This document shows, piece after piece, positions 18,033 through 29,927 of a stretch of 64,000 bases of DNA. This stretch comes from Myxococcales bacterium (GTDB lineage: Bacteria > Myxococcota_A > Polyangia > Palsa-1104 > JAEUJZ01). The first letter of the stretch is position 1; every line of letters begins with the position of its first letter. The stretch covers positions 130,550-194,549 of the forward strand of contig JAEUJZ010000023.1 in NCBI GenBank assembly GCA_016794505.1, given 5' to 3'. The translations under genes were made by a program, and so were the position numbers. The notes under the pieces were generated by a model. That model saw nothing but the letters and a program-made list of their open reading frames with translations. It was not told the DNA's origin and made no database searches.

Positions 18033-18944
18033 CTAGCCTCGCACGTTGCGTCGACGCTCGCGCTCAAAGATGATGCGCAGGCCGGTCAGCGTGAGAAGCT
18101 CGTCGATGTCTTCGATGGTGCGGCTGTCACGAGCGATGAGCGGAGCCAAGCCGCCTGTGGCAATGACGCGCAGCGGGAAGTCGACCTCGGCGCGCATGCG
18201 CTCGACGATGCCATCGACCAAGCCGACGTAGCCATAGACCAAGCCGGACTGCATGCTGGTCACGGTGTTGCGGCCGATGACCGTACGTGGACGAACCAGA
18301 TCGACGCGAGGCAGCTTGGCAGCGGCGTGAAACAAGGCATCGGCGCTGATGCCAATGCCCGGAGCAATCGCGCCGCCCAAGTACTCGCCTTTGGGCGTCA
18401 CCACATCGAAGGTGGTAGCGGTCCCAAAGTCGACGACCAAGCAGCCGCTGCGATAGCGCTCGTACGCGGCCACGGCGTTGATGATGCGGTCGGCGCCGAC
18501 TTCACGCGGGTTGTCATAGAGCACAGGCATCCCAGTGCGCGTACCGGGCCCGACGATCACGGGATCGATGCCGAGATAGCGCACGAACAGCGAGTGAAAC
18601 GCTCGCAGCACGGGCGGAACCACGGTGGCAAGGACGCCGGCCGTGATGCCTCGCTCGATCTTGGTTCGCGACTCGGGCATGACCAGCGCTGACGGAATAC
18701 TCGCCGCGCTGCGCAGGCCGCTGGTCTCTTCGACGCCGATGTGAATCGGGCCGCTGATCGGCGCATCGGGAACGCCGGCCTGAAACGACAGACCGTGAAG
18801 CTGAAACAGCCCGCTTAGCAGCGCGGCGTATTCGTCTTCAGTGCGGGCTTTGCGCGTCTCAACGCGGAAGTGAAACAGCAGGGCGTCGCCCTCAAAGACT
18901 CCGAACACAATGTTGCTGTTGCCGATGTCGACAGCCAGAAGCAT
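18033..18944 (-). CDS. coaX: Type III pantothenate kinase
   Basis: The N-terminus MLLAVDIGNSNIVFGVF matches the CoaX/Bvg accessory factor family throughout. Confidence 0.8.
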   Translation of the reverse strand: MLLAVDIGNSNIVFGVFEGDALLFHFRVETRKARTEDEYAALLSGLFQLHGLSFQAGVPDAPISGPIHIGVEETSGLRSAASIPSALVMPESRTKIERGITAGVLATVVPPVLRAFHSLFVRYLGIDPVIVGPGTRTGMPVLYDNPREVGADRIINAVAAYERYRSGCLVVDFGTATTFDVVTPKGEYLGGAIAPGIGISADALFHAAAKLPRVDLVRPRTVIGRNTVTSMQSGLVYGYVGLVDGIVERMRAEVDFPLRVIATGGLAPLIARDSRTIEDIDELLTLTGLRIIFERERRRNVRG

Positions 18945-18990
18945 GGGCGTACTCTATCCGAGTCGAGACGCTCCCGTCATCTGGCGCAAG

Positions 18991-20031
18991 CTACGGAAGC
19001 GAGACAGGCCCCTGTCGCAGCACAACGCCTCGGGGAGGTTGGACGGGATACTGCGACAGATTGCCACCTACAGCCCAGCGCTGGTCTTGCAATCCGAAGG
19101 CGGCGTGCAGATCCAAGGAAGTCACGGGCTCAGCGACGGTGAAGGCGGATCCGAGTGGCTCGCTACGGCGTCGCCAGGCCACCAGGCCCTGCTGCCCGGT
19201 GATCAGAAGCTCTGCGCCATGGCTGTAGACGCCGGCAAGTCCGCTGAGCTCGGCCACCGCTTCATCGCTGCGCCAGGCCTGGCCATCAAACACAAGCAGG
19301 CGGGCGCGACCTAGGCCACCGACGGCATACACACGCTGATCATCGTCGCCCCAAGCGGTTAGCAGGCGGTCGCGTACCGGCGAGGGGTCACGCTGCCAGG
19401 CCGCACTTGCCCCCGGACCCAACCGACGCAGCAGAGCGCCATCTTGACCGACGGCAAACAGGGCATCTGGGCTGCTGGCAAACAGCTTGTACAAGGTCGC
19501 GCTTGCCGGAGCGCTGCGATCCGGGCTCAGCCCGCTGCGTCCGCCATGCAAAAGGACCCCCTGCCCTGTCGGCTCGCCGCCTACGGCCCAGACATCGTCG
19601 TCGGAAAACGCCCAGATTCCGTACAGCGTGGCGCGGCTGCCCGTCGGAATCGCCTGCAGCGTGCCGGCGCCAAGTGGCTCATAGCGCAGCACGCTGCCCT
19701 GTTCCCCACACAGCCACGCGACACCCTGACTCGGCAGCGCATGAACCCACCACAGCATGCCGGGCTGTGGGCTTTCGAGCACGGCATACTCGCCCGCGCC
19801 TGCACCCTGGTTCGAGCGAACCAGCAAGCGCCCCCGACCCGCTTGACTGGGCGTTGGCCCTGGCTGCCCCCCAGCGACGAGCAAGCGGCCTTGTAGCTCG
19901 CTGACGGCGAGCAGCCAGTTCTGTTCGTCGCTGCGATCCACCGTCCACGGCGCGGACTGCGTACAACCCAGCAAACAGGCAAGCAGAGCCCACAATGGCC
20001 ACGACCGCTGCGCGTGCAGCGCCCGACGCAT
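18991..20031 (-). CDS. Lipoprotein with repeated WAVGG/YAVGG/FAVGQ beta-propeller-like blades
   Basis: A signal peptide with lipobox LLGC is followed by about six repeats spaced roughly 45 aa apart. Confidence 0.5.
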   Translation of the reverse strand: MRRALHAQRSWPLWALLACLLGCTQSAPWTVDRSDEQNWLLAVSELQGRLLVAGGQPGPTPSQAGRGRLLVRSNQGAGAGEYAVLESPQPGMLWWVHALPSQGVAWLCGEQGSVLRYEPLGAGTLQAIPTGSRATLYGIWAFSDDDVWAVGGEPTGQGVLLHGGRSGLSPDRSAPASATLYKLFASSPDALFAVGQDGALLRRLGPGASAAWQRDPSPVRDRLLTAWGDDDQRVYAVGGLGRARLLVFDGQAWRSDEAVAELSGLAGVYSHGAELLITGQQGLVAWRRRSEPLGSAFTVAEPVTSLDLHAAFGLQDQRWAVGGNLSQYPVQPPRGVVLRQGPVSLP

Positions 20032-20040
20032 GCGCAGCCG

Positions 20041-20649
20041 CTACATCAGCTCGACGCCGGTCGCAACCAGAGCGTACGTCTTCTGAGGCTCGGTGACTTT
20101 CTGTACCGGCGCGCCTTCTTTGGCGGCGTCTTCGGCATAGTGCTGCGCCTCGGCCACCGACATCGTCGAGACCTTGAAGTGGCCTTCGACAACGGCCTTT
20201 TTGCCCAGGCAGTCCTTGGGCACGAAGAAGCCATAGTCCTTAAACGAGACGCGAACCGTCTGAGCGCCCGCCTCGCCGGTTCCGATGGTCATCCAGCAGC
20301 CTTTTTTCTGACAGGCAGCGCTGACCGTCCCCGTGACTTTGACGTCTTTGTCGTCGTACTTCTTGGCGTCAGCCAACACGGCCGAGACCGCCACCGTCGG
20401 AGCCGAAGAGAGCGGAGCCCCGAACTTGCCAGTCCCCGCAGCGGCGGGCGCAGCGGCGGGCTGTGCCTCGATCGGGGCTGCCGCCGCAGCGTGGGTTGGT
20501 GCTACGGCGGCAACGGCTGGTGGCGCCGCCGCGGACGGCACAGCGACCGGTTCCGAAGTGGGCACGGCCGCCGGCTGTTTGTTGCAGGCCGCAGACAGAA
20601 GGACCACTCCACAGAGCAGGGTGAATGTGTTTCGCATAGCCGAAAGCAA
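20041..20649 (-). CDS. DUF4920-like lipoprotein (Ala/Pro-rich linker plus C-terminal Cys-containing domain)
   Basis: Lipobox is LSAAC. The C-terminal motif is CQKKGCWMTI. Confidence 0.45.
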   Translation of the reverse strand: MLSAMRNTFTLLCGVVLLSAACNKQPAAVPTSEPVAVPSAAAPPAVAAVAPTHAAAAAPIEAQPAAAPAAAGTGKFGAPLSSAPTVAVSAVLADAKKYDDKDVKVTGTVSAACQKKGCWMTIGTGEAGAQTVRVSFKDYGFFVPKDCLGKKAVVEGHFKVSTMSVAEAQHYAEDAAKEGAPVQKVTEPQKTYALVATGVELM

Positions 20650-20746
20650 GCCCTGCTTTCAGCCGCCTGTCAACAGCCGAGCTCGGATGGACCGAGCGAC
20701 GGTACAGCCGCGGTGACGCCGGTTGGCTTTTGCGGTGGCGCCGCCC

Positions 20747-21793
20747 TTACGGCCGGACCGGACGTGCAAACGTGTACAGACGAAACGAGGTCGGGGCGGC
20801 TCTGACCAGCGTCGCCTGCAGCGAAAACGGGCTGTGGTCTCCAGCGGGCAGATTCCGCTGGCCGACAAAGCCATCGACCAGGCCGACGATCGTGTGCTTG
20901 GCATCCAGCAGCAGCGCCGCCAGATGCACGAACTGCACTTCCTGCGTATCGGCATTGCGAACGCTGCCGCGCAGTCGATAGGAACCAAACAGCGCCGGCT
21001 CTAGCTTGGGCGTCTCGACCGTCAGCTTGAAGCGCGCTGGCGTGCCGAAGCGAACCGCCTCGGGAGCCACGTGATAGCTAGCCGACTCGTACGCAGGTGC
21101 GTGCTGCACCAAGATCTTCACCGGCACTTCTTCCCCTGGCAGCAGGTTGCCAAACGGGGCAAAGCCCGCCGCCACGGCTAGCTTCTGCTTCTTGCCGTCC
21201 CACAGCGTGACTTCAACCCGCGGATGATCGATGGCGGCTTCTCCGGTGTTCTTGTAGATCCCGACGAAATAGACGTTTCCGATGCGATCGGGCAGGGCCA
21301 CGGCGTCTGTAAACGAGGCGCGCACGACCTTGGGAGCGACCACGGCTTCGCTGCCATATTCGACGGGGCGGCTGGGCTGGGTGTCCGATGGTGTGCCGCT
21401 GGAATTCGCGCCCACTGCAAGGGGCCCACCGCTGCCCGCCAAGCGACCGCTTGTGATCTCTTGGACGTGCAGCGGCTTTGTGCCCATGCGTGACTCGATG
21501 CTGCGGGCGATGTCGCGCTGCAGGGCGCGCTGTCGTCGCTCGTCGCGCAGGCGCTCTTGACGTTGTGCTCTCAGCGACACCGCCCCGATCAACAGGCCCA
21601 GCATCAACACCACCATCCCAGCCGTGTAAAGCGGGCTTTTCTTTTCGCGGGCGCCGGGCTTCACCACTTCGATCTTCAGGGCGGGTGCCGCCTGGACATG
21701 CATTCGGGACTTGCAGTGGTTGCAGCGGTACTCGCCTTCGGCCAAGCGGGTGAGGTCCGTGCTGGAGCACTGGTCGCAGCGCAGCGTCTTCAT
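20747..21793 (-). CDS. Zinc-ribbon (CxxC..CxxC) N-terminal, single-pass membrane protein with large C-terminal domain
   Basis: The N-terminus is MKTLRCDQCSS...CNHCKS, followed by a TM helix. GC3 collapses upstream of 21793, so the ORF-track start at 22003 is rejected. Confidence 0.55.
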   Translation of the reverse strand: MKTLRCDQCSSTDLTRLAEGEYRCNHCKSRMHVQAAPALKIEVVKPGAREKKSPLYTAGMVVLMLGLLIGAVSLRAQRQERLRDERRQRALQRDIARSIESRMGTKPLHVQEITSGRLAGSGGPLAVGANSSGTPSDTQPSRPVEYGSEAVVAPKVVRASFTDAVALPDRIGNVYFVGIYKNTGEAAIDHPRVEVTLWDGKKQKLAVAAGFAPFGNLLPGEEVPVKILVQHAPAYESASYHVAPEAVRFGTPARFKLTVETPKLEPALFGSYRLRGSVRNADTQEVQFVHLAALLLDAKHTIVGLVDGFVGQRNLPAGDHSPFSLQATLVRAAPTSFRLYTFARPVRP

Positions 21794-21854
21794 TTCGCTA
21801 TCGTATCGCGATGCCGCTGTGTCGATCGGCCGCGAAAAGCCGGTGCGTCGTGGT

Positions 21855-21886
21855 CGGTATCGGTATCGGTATCGGTATCGGTATCG
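21855..21886. repeat. Hexanucleotide microsatellite (CGGTAT)x5.3 in the 5' leader/promoter of the zinc-ribbon membrane protein gene
   Basis: A perfect tandem repeat is read directly. It lies about 60-95 bp upstream of the preferred start at 21793. Confidence 0.9.
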
Positions 21887-21962
21887 AGGGGAGACGGGAC
21901 GAGCAGAAAACGGCAGCACCCGCGTGGCACACGCCACGGGGTGGAATGCAGGCAGTGCCAGC

Positions 21963-23723
<1,761 letters not shown>

Positions 23724-23783
23724 GGTGACTACCCCTTGGTCCTAAACGCAGGTCCTGTTGTGGGTCGAAAAGTTCGCGATCCG

Positions 23784-26700
23784 TTATAAGCGAGCGACGT
23801 TGTCATCGCCTTGTCGCTTGATGCCAATGCGCAGAAGTCCCTTTGCTGGTTCCAGCGTCGCGCCCGTCGGAGCAAAGCGCGCCGCATACTCCGCGACCTT
23901 CTTTTTTACTTCTTCGATCTGCCGCGCCAGCGACTCGTCTTGTTGCTTGCGCTCTTCAAGCTGCTTCTGCTTCAGCTGCAAAAGCTGCAAGCGTTTCTCT
24001 TCGATCTTTAGCTGCAGCTCGTTCTTTTTCTTGGCGATGTCTTCCAGTCGCTCTTCATGCAGCTTCAAGCTGTGGGCATATGTCTTGACGCGAATCTTGA
24101 TCGAGCCGCCCGGCTTGTTCGCGTCGATGTCGTGCAGCGCCGAATACGGGGTGGCGCTGGTGCCGATCACCGAATCGATCAGGCCATAGGTCGGCGCGTC
24201 GTGACCGCACTTGAACGACGACAAGTCGAGCACGACGACGTTCGGATGTCGCGCGGCAAACTTCGCGGCCCACACCTTCTGCACGCTGTTTGCTGAATAG
24301 TTCTCGGGCCACACATCGTTGACTTCGAGCGGCCCGTCGATGAGGCCCTTGTCGATGTCTTCTTTGTAAAAGCGATACAGCCAGCGCGGATCCTTGGGGA
24401 TCGAGCGCATCGACACGATCGGATAGCCCAGAGCCTGGAACTCTTCGAGCACGCCGTGGTTCAGGCCGGGGTCGCTGTGATACGGGCGACCGATCAGCAT
24501 CACCGCGACGCGATTTTCTTCCTCGACGACTTCCAGAATCGCTTTGCCGCGCTCTTGGATTTCTTTGTCAAAGACATCCATCGCGCGCATGCCTTGCTCG
24601 ACGGCGTAATCGTTCTCGTCTTCGGTGACATCGAGCAGCGGACCGAACGTCTCAAACAGCACGCGGCGAAGCAGCGCCGGCTCAACAAAGGTCAGCGCCG
24701 GGTCGACGTACTTGATGCCGCGCGTCGCGAAGAAGTCGACCTCTTTGGTGAAGGCCGCCTTCATGACCTCGGGCGCCCCCGCGACGATCGGACACGACGC
24801 TGTGTCCATCACCTTGTGCAAACCCGGCGGAATGTGCGTGATGCAGGGGAAGAAGATCGCCGACAGCTTTTTCTTTTCGCTGTGGTGATGGAACAGCAGG
24901 TTGTGGATGTGCGCTTGCGCCACTTTCGACGGATAGCAGGGATCGATCGACCCGTACTTGCCGCCCTCTTGCCACATCTCTTCGCTGGTGTCGTCGGAAA
25001 ACACGACGTTCTGGCGCTGGATGCCGAGCGTCTCTAGATACGTGCGAAGGAAGGGGGCGATGGTCCAGATGTTGAGGACCTTGGGAATGCCGATGCGCGT
25101 GCTGGCGCGCTTCTTTGCCGACGCGTCGCTGCTGCGCTGAAACAGGCGCCGAATCGGCACTCGCTTGACGCCCCCAAGCAGCGTCTTTTTCACCTCGATG
25201 TCGTCGATCATCGAGTCGGCGGTGGGCATCGGCGGCGGATCGTAAAAGTGACGGAACAGCTGCTTGGACTCGTAATCGACCAAGTTGGGAAACTGCTTCA
25301 TCAGCTTCTTGCGCGCCTTGGTCAAATCCAGCATCGCTTCTTCGGACTCGACGGTGCCCTTCTCGCACGAGAAGCCGGCGATGTAACGGCTGGTGTCGCC
25401 GTCGGGTGTCTCGGTGTCGATGAAGGTGCGAGCGCAGTTGTTCGGGCAGAAGTGGCAGCGCGTCGACTCGTCGTTTTTCGACGTGTATTTCAGGTCGATG
25501 GCGGCGTCGATGCCGATGAAGGTCGACTGCCCGCGGCGCTTGACGACGCGCAGCGTCTCCATAGCCGCCCCGATGGCGCCAGCCTCGCCCGTGTGCGGAT
25601 GGACATAGACCTCGCAGCCTGGCACGCGATCTTTGATGTAATCGACCTGCGCTTTGACCGCGGCCAGGTTGTGCTGCGTGCCACCCTGCAGAACGAACTT
25701 GCGACCCAGGCTGGCCATGCGCGGGATCTGCACGACGTACTGCCACACGTTCTTCGGCAGCACCTGCGCCAAGCCCGACAAGAGCTCTTCTTTCGAATAG
25801 CCTTCCTTCTGGAAGTTGACGCGGTCGCTGTCGAGGAACACGGCGCAGCCATAGCTGAACTTCGGCGATAGATCGGCATCAAACGCCACGTCCGCGTACT
25901 TGGTGATCGGCACGCCAAACTGATCGGCCATGGCCTGCAGCAGCATGCCGTTTCCCGCCGAGCACTGATTCGACAGACGGAAGTTCTTGATGTCGCCGTT
26001 TTCCATGAACAGGACCTTGATGTCCTGTCCACCGATGTCGCAGATGACATCGACATCGCCGAAGAAATGGACGGCCGACATCATGTGCGCGACCGTCTCG
26101 ACGATGTTCACGTCCGACTTGACCGACTTTTCCAGCACGTCCGCGGCATAGCCCGTCGCGCCAAAGCCCATAAGCTGCAGCGTCGCGCCCTGCTCGGTGA
26201 CATAGCTCTTGATGCGAGCCAGGATCTCCTTGGTATCAGCGATCGGGTTGCCTTTCGAGAGCTGATATTCCTTGGTCAAGATCTCGGCTGTGTCGTAGTC
26301 GATGAGCACGGCCTTGCTGCTCGTCGATCCGCCGTCCATGCCGATGACGGCGCGCACGATCTGACCGGGTTCAAGTGGCTTCTTCTCGAACCGAGGAATC
26401 TTGTACTGCTGACGGAACTCCTCTAGCTCATCGCGCTTTTCCTCGACGGCCTTGGCGCGCAGCAGCGGTGGGCCCGCGGTGTCACCCAGGCGCGCTTTGC
26501 GGCCGTGCAGGATGAACTCGGACAGGCCCTCGCTGCCTTTGTAACGACCGATGTCTTTGGCTTCGTACGTGCCGTACATCACAGCGCCGTACGCGGCGTA
26601 GTACTGCGCGTTGTTGGGGACGAGGATCAGCTCTTCGATGGCGACGTCACGCGGATAGTCAAAGCCGCGATCGCGCCAGGTCTCGGGGATGCGCTTGCGC

Positions 26701-27404
26701 CAGCAGTCGCGCAGAAACGGCAGATACGTGTTCGGCCCGCCGAGCAAGAGCACCTTGGGCTTGAGCGTATTGCCGCGCGTCAGCACCGACAGGTTCTGCA
26801 TGACGATGGCATCGGCCAGCGAGTTCATGATCTCGATCGATGGGATGCCCGACTTCACCAAGTTGACGATGTCGGTCTCGGCGAAGACACCACACTTGGC
26901 CGCGACGTGATGCAGCTTGCTGTCGTCGAACGCGATCTTGACGACTTCTTCGTTGGGCAGGCCGACCTTGAGCACGCACTTGTCGATGGTGGCGCCCGTC
27001 CCGCTGGCGCACTTGTCGTTCATCGACGTCGAAGCCTGCTTGTCGCCGGTCTTGTCGTTCTTCTTGAAGATGATGATCTTGGCGTCCTGCCCGCCTAGCT
27101 CGCACACCGAAAGGACATCGGGATGCAACGTCTCGACGGCCAGCGTGACGGCGTTGACCTCTTGCACGAACTTGGCGCCGATGTGCGGCACGATCGGCGA
27201 TGCGCCCGAGCCGGTCATAAAGATGCGCGCGGCATCCTGCGGCAGACGGGGAAAGTCGGCGGCGATGCGCTGCAAAAAGTCGAGCACGAACTCGGCCTGC
27301 TTGGTCTGGTGCCGCAGGTAGTCGCTCCACAAGATCTGCTTGCTCTGCGGGTCGACCACGACCGCCTTGACCGTCGTCGAGCCGACATCGATGCCGATCA
27401 TCAC
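23784..27404 (-). CDS. Fusion of two BadF/BadG/BcrA/BcrD-type (HgdC-like) activase ATPase domains with 2-hydroxyglutaryl-CoA dehydratase D-component-like domains
   Basis: There are two actin-fold ATPase N-termini (MIGIDVGSTTVKAVVVD and VIGMDGGSTSSKAVLID) and a Cys pattern CHFCPNNC. The start could be as far upstream as 27557. Confidence 0.6.
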   Translation of the reverse strand: MMIGIDVGSTTVKAVVVDPQSKQILWSDYLRHQTKQAEFVLDFLQRIAADFPRLPQDAARIFMTGSGASPIVPHIGAKFVQEVNAVTLAVETLHPDVLSVCELGGQDAKIIIFKKNDKTGDKQASTSMNDKCASGTGATIDKCVLKVGLPNEEVVKIAFDDSKLHHVAAKCGVFAETDIVNLVKSGIPSIEIMNSLADAIVMQNLSVLTRGNTLKPKVLLLGGPNTYLPFLRDCWRKRIPETWRDRGFDYPRDVAIEELILVPNNAQYYAAYGAVMYGTYEAKDIGRYKGSEGLSEFILHGRKARLGDTAGPPLLRAKAVEEKRDELEEFRQQYKIPRFEKKPLEPGQIVRAVIGMDGGSTSSKAVLIDYDTAEILTKEYQLSKGNPIADTKEILARIKSYVTEQGATLQLMGFGATGYAADVLEKSVKSDVNIVETVAHMMSAVHFFGDVDVICDIGGQDIKVLFMENGDIKNFRLSNQCSAGNGMLLQAMADQFGVPITKYADVAFDADLSPKFSYGCAVFLDSDRVNFQKEGYSKEELLSGLAQVLPKNVWQYVVQIPRMASLGRKFVLQGGTQHNLAAVKAQVDYIKDRVPGCEVYVHPHTGEAGAIGAAMETLRVVKRRGQSTFIGIDAAIDLKYTSKNDESTRCHFCPNNCARTFIDTETPDGDTSRYIAGFSCEKGTVESEEAMLDLTKARKKLMKQFPNLVDYESKQLFRHFYDPPPMPTADSMIDDIEVKKTLLGGVKRVPIRRLFQRSSDASAKKRASTRIGIPKVLNIWTIAPFLRTYLETLGIQRQNVVFSDDTSEEMWQEGGKYGSIDPCYPSKVAQAHIHNLLFHHHSEKKKLSAIFFPCITHIPPGLHKVMDTASCPIVAGAPEVMKAAFTKEVDFFATRGIKYVDPALTFVEPALLRRVLFETFGPLLDVTEDENDYAVEQGMRAMDVFDKEIQERGKAILEVVEEENRVAVMLIGRPYHSDPGLNHGVLEEFQALGYPIVSMRSIPKDPRWLYRFYKEDIDKGLIDGPLEVNDVWPENYSANSVQKVWAAKFAARHPNVVVLDLSSFKCGHDAPTYGLIDSVIGTSATPYSALHDIDANKPGGSIKIRVKTYAHSLKLHEERLEDIAKKKNELQLKIEEKRLQLLQLKQKQLEERKQQDESLARQIEEVKKKVAEYAARFAPTGATLEPAKGLLRIGIKRQGDDNVARL

Positions 27405-27847
27405 CGGCTCTTTGCGATCCCGACACTCTGGCGAGACGAACAAGTTCATTCCCGTGACTCCGTTCTTGACGAACCAGCACCGCAGCGAGGGGCAGCGGGG
27501 ATGCAATGAACAAACGCTAGACTGACGGTTCAGTCTATGGGGACACACTACGGGCACCGCGCGTTGGGGTCAACAGAAAATCTAGGCCACCTGCTGCGTG
27601 CGTATCGCCGGCTTTCCGTCGGGAACATGGCAAATGGCCGGGCCGCGCATGGCTGGGTCGGATGTCGTGCCCGTTCCGCGAGAGCTGGCTGGGTGGGTCT
27701 TCTGGCCGGGTCCGTTTGTCGATACAGTGAAACGAGGGTCCGTCTGTGGGCCGATCGCCTGAACGTGCAAAGGACAGGACGGGGGACGATGGCGGCGAAG
27801 GGGCGAGCGCCGGGCTCCCACGGGTCGTGAGGTCAGCAGAGGTTCCC

Positions 27848-29752
27848 ATGTCATCCGTCCCCAGCACCGAGCCAGGACGAAAGGTCGCCTTGGCGCCCGC
27901 CGAGCGCAGTCAGCCAAGCAGCGAGACCGAGGTCGCGACGCTCTTGCGGCGGCGCATGCGCGTTGCCTTTGCGCTCATCGTCGCCTACAGCGTCCTCAAC
28001 ATCGCTCGCGAGCTGACCCGTGGTGCCATCGACAGCGCGTACGCCCGCAGCGTGGTCGGCGGCAACATCGGACTTGGGCTGATCATGTCGGCCCTGACCT
28101 GGCTTTTGTGGAGCAAGCGCCGTCTGTCGCTGGTCCAGCTTCGCCGCATCGAGATTCTTGGCATCGCTCTCGCCGCCTTGCTGGTCTGCGTCGCGCAACA
28201 CCTTTGGTACACACACGGCCGACCCTTTCCGCCCGGCCTGTGGTCCGGCAGCGATCAGCTGCCTTGGAACCGCCACTGGTTCTATCAGCTTTCAGCGAGC
28301 GGCCCTGGCCATCACAGCATGATCTTGTCCTGGTCCGACGCCAGCTTGGTCTTGGGCTATGGCTACTGCCTGAACTGGGTGATCGGCATCTCGCTGTACG
28401 GCGTCTTCTTTCCCAATACGCTTCGTCGAGGCTGCTTCGTCATTGGCGGCATCATCGGCGCGGCACTTTTCAACCTGCTTCTGATCGCGCTGCGCAGCGA
28501 GCCCGCTGTGCGGAGCTGGTATCTGGGCCCGGTGCTTCTGCAGGTGACCGCGACCTTGGGCATTGGCGCGGTGACCGGCCTGATGGCGACGTATAAGCTG
28601 ACAGAGCTGCGCCAAGCCGTCGCCGCAGTCCGTCGCCTGGGACAGTACCGTCTGTTCGATCGGATCGGCACGGGCGGTATGGGCGAGGTCTATCGCGCGC
28701 AGCACATGTTTTTGCGTCGGCCGTGTGCCATCAAGCTGATCCGCGAAGACAGCCAAGACATCTCGCGCAGCTTGCAGCGCTTCGAGCGCGAAGTGCAGGC
28801 CACAGCCAGCCTGCGCCACCCCAACATCGTCGACGTGTACGACTATGGCCGCGCCGAAGACGGGACGTTCTATTACGTCATGGAATTTCTAGATGGCCTG
28901 TCGCTGGAACAGCTGGTGCGGCGCCATGGACCGCTTTCACCAGGGCGCACGGTGTATCTTCTGCGCCAAGTCTGCCACGCGTTGGCGGAAGCACACACCG
29001 TCGGGCTGATTCACCGTGATATCAAGCCCAGCAACCTGTTTGTCTGTTCGCGCGGTACGCAGCACGACGTGATCAAGCTCTTGGATTTTGGGCTCGTGCA
29101 GCAGAGCGATGCCGCGGCTAAGACCGGCGATGACACCCCGCCCGTCCTCTTGTCGGCGCTGCCCTCGGTCTCGCTGCCGCCTGGAATGCCGTCGCTGCCC
29201 TCGTCATTTCGCACACTGCCGGGCAGCATCTTGGGCACGCCGTCGTTCATGTCGCCTGAGCAGATTCGCGCTGCGACGTCCCTGGATGCACGCAGCGACC
29301 TATACAGCATCGGGGTGGTGGCATTTTATCTGCTGACGGGTCATCCGCCGTTTCGTGGTGCCACCAATATGGATGTCTTGGCGGCACATCTGACGACGCC
29401 TGCTCCGTCGCTGCGTACAGTTGTGTCGGATCTGCCTGCCGATTTGGATGCGGTGGTCGCTCACTGCCTGGCGAAAGAGCCAAAGGACCGCCCGGCCTCA
29501 GCCAGCGAGCTAGAGGATGCGCTGGCCAGCTGTACCTGTGCCAGCCACTGGAGCGCGCGGTCAGCGGCGGCTTGGTGGCAGCGCCACAGCAACGATTCCG
29601 CCGAGGAAGCCAAGCCCGGCGCTGCGCTGCTGCCGACAGCGACAGCCGCCGAGCAAGGCGAAACGGCCACGGCTCCCGCCATGAGTACCGATCGCGGCGA
29701 TCCCTCGGCTGCAGCCATTCCCACCGTCGAACGGCGGAACCAAACATCCTAG
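27848..29752 (+). CDS. Ser/Thr protein kinase with N-terminal polytopic (about 7 TM) sensor domain
   Basis: An SD-like GAGGT precedes the ATG. The Gly-loop is GTGGMGEV, with AIK, HRDIKPSN and DFG present. The N-terminal 250 aa are hydrophobic helices. Confidence 0.8.
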   Translation: MSSVPSTEPGRKVALAPAERSQPSSETEVATLLRRRMRVAFALIVAYSVLNIARELTRGAIDSAYARSVVGGNIGLGLIMSALTWLLWSKRRLSLVQLRRIEILGIALAALLVCVAQHLWYTHGRPFPPGLWSGSDQLPWNRHWFYQLSASGPGHHSMILSWSDASLVLGYGYCLNWVIGISLYGVFFPNTLRRGCFVIGGIIGAALFNLLLIALRSEPAVRSWYLGPVLLQVTATLGIGAVTGLMATYKLTELRQAVAAVRRLGQYRLFDRIGTGGMGEVYRAQHMFLRRPCAIKLIREDSQDISRSLQRFEREVQATASLRHPNIVDVYDYGRAEDGTFYYVMEFLDGLSLEQLVRRHGPLSPGRTVYLLRQVCHALAEAHTVGLIHRDIKPSNLFVCSRGTQHDVIKLLDFGLVQQSDAAAKTGDDTPPVLLSALPSVSLPPGMPSLPSSFRTLPGSILGTPSFMSPEQIRAATSLDARSDLYSIGVVAFYLLTGHPPFRGATNMDVLAAHLTTPAPSLRTVVSDLPADLDAVVAHCLAKEPKDRPASASELEDALASCTCASHWSARSAAAWWQRHSNDSAEEAKPGAALLPTATAAEQGETATAPAMSTDRGDPSAAAIPTVERRNQTS

Positions 29753-29927
29753 GTGACTGTTGGCGTAGTCGCCCTCCGGCGGCTGCGCAGGACGGGTCCG
29801 GCTCGGCTTACGTCCTCGCTTCCTCGGGCGCCGTACTTCCAGTACGGCTTGGTCGGTCGCTGCGGGCGCGCTCTCGCCTGACTCAGTCCTGCTTGTCCTC
29901 GTCACGGGCGATTACGCCAACAGCCTC

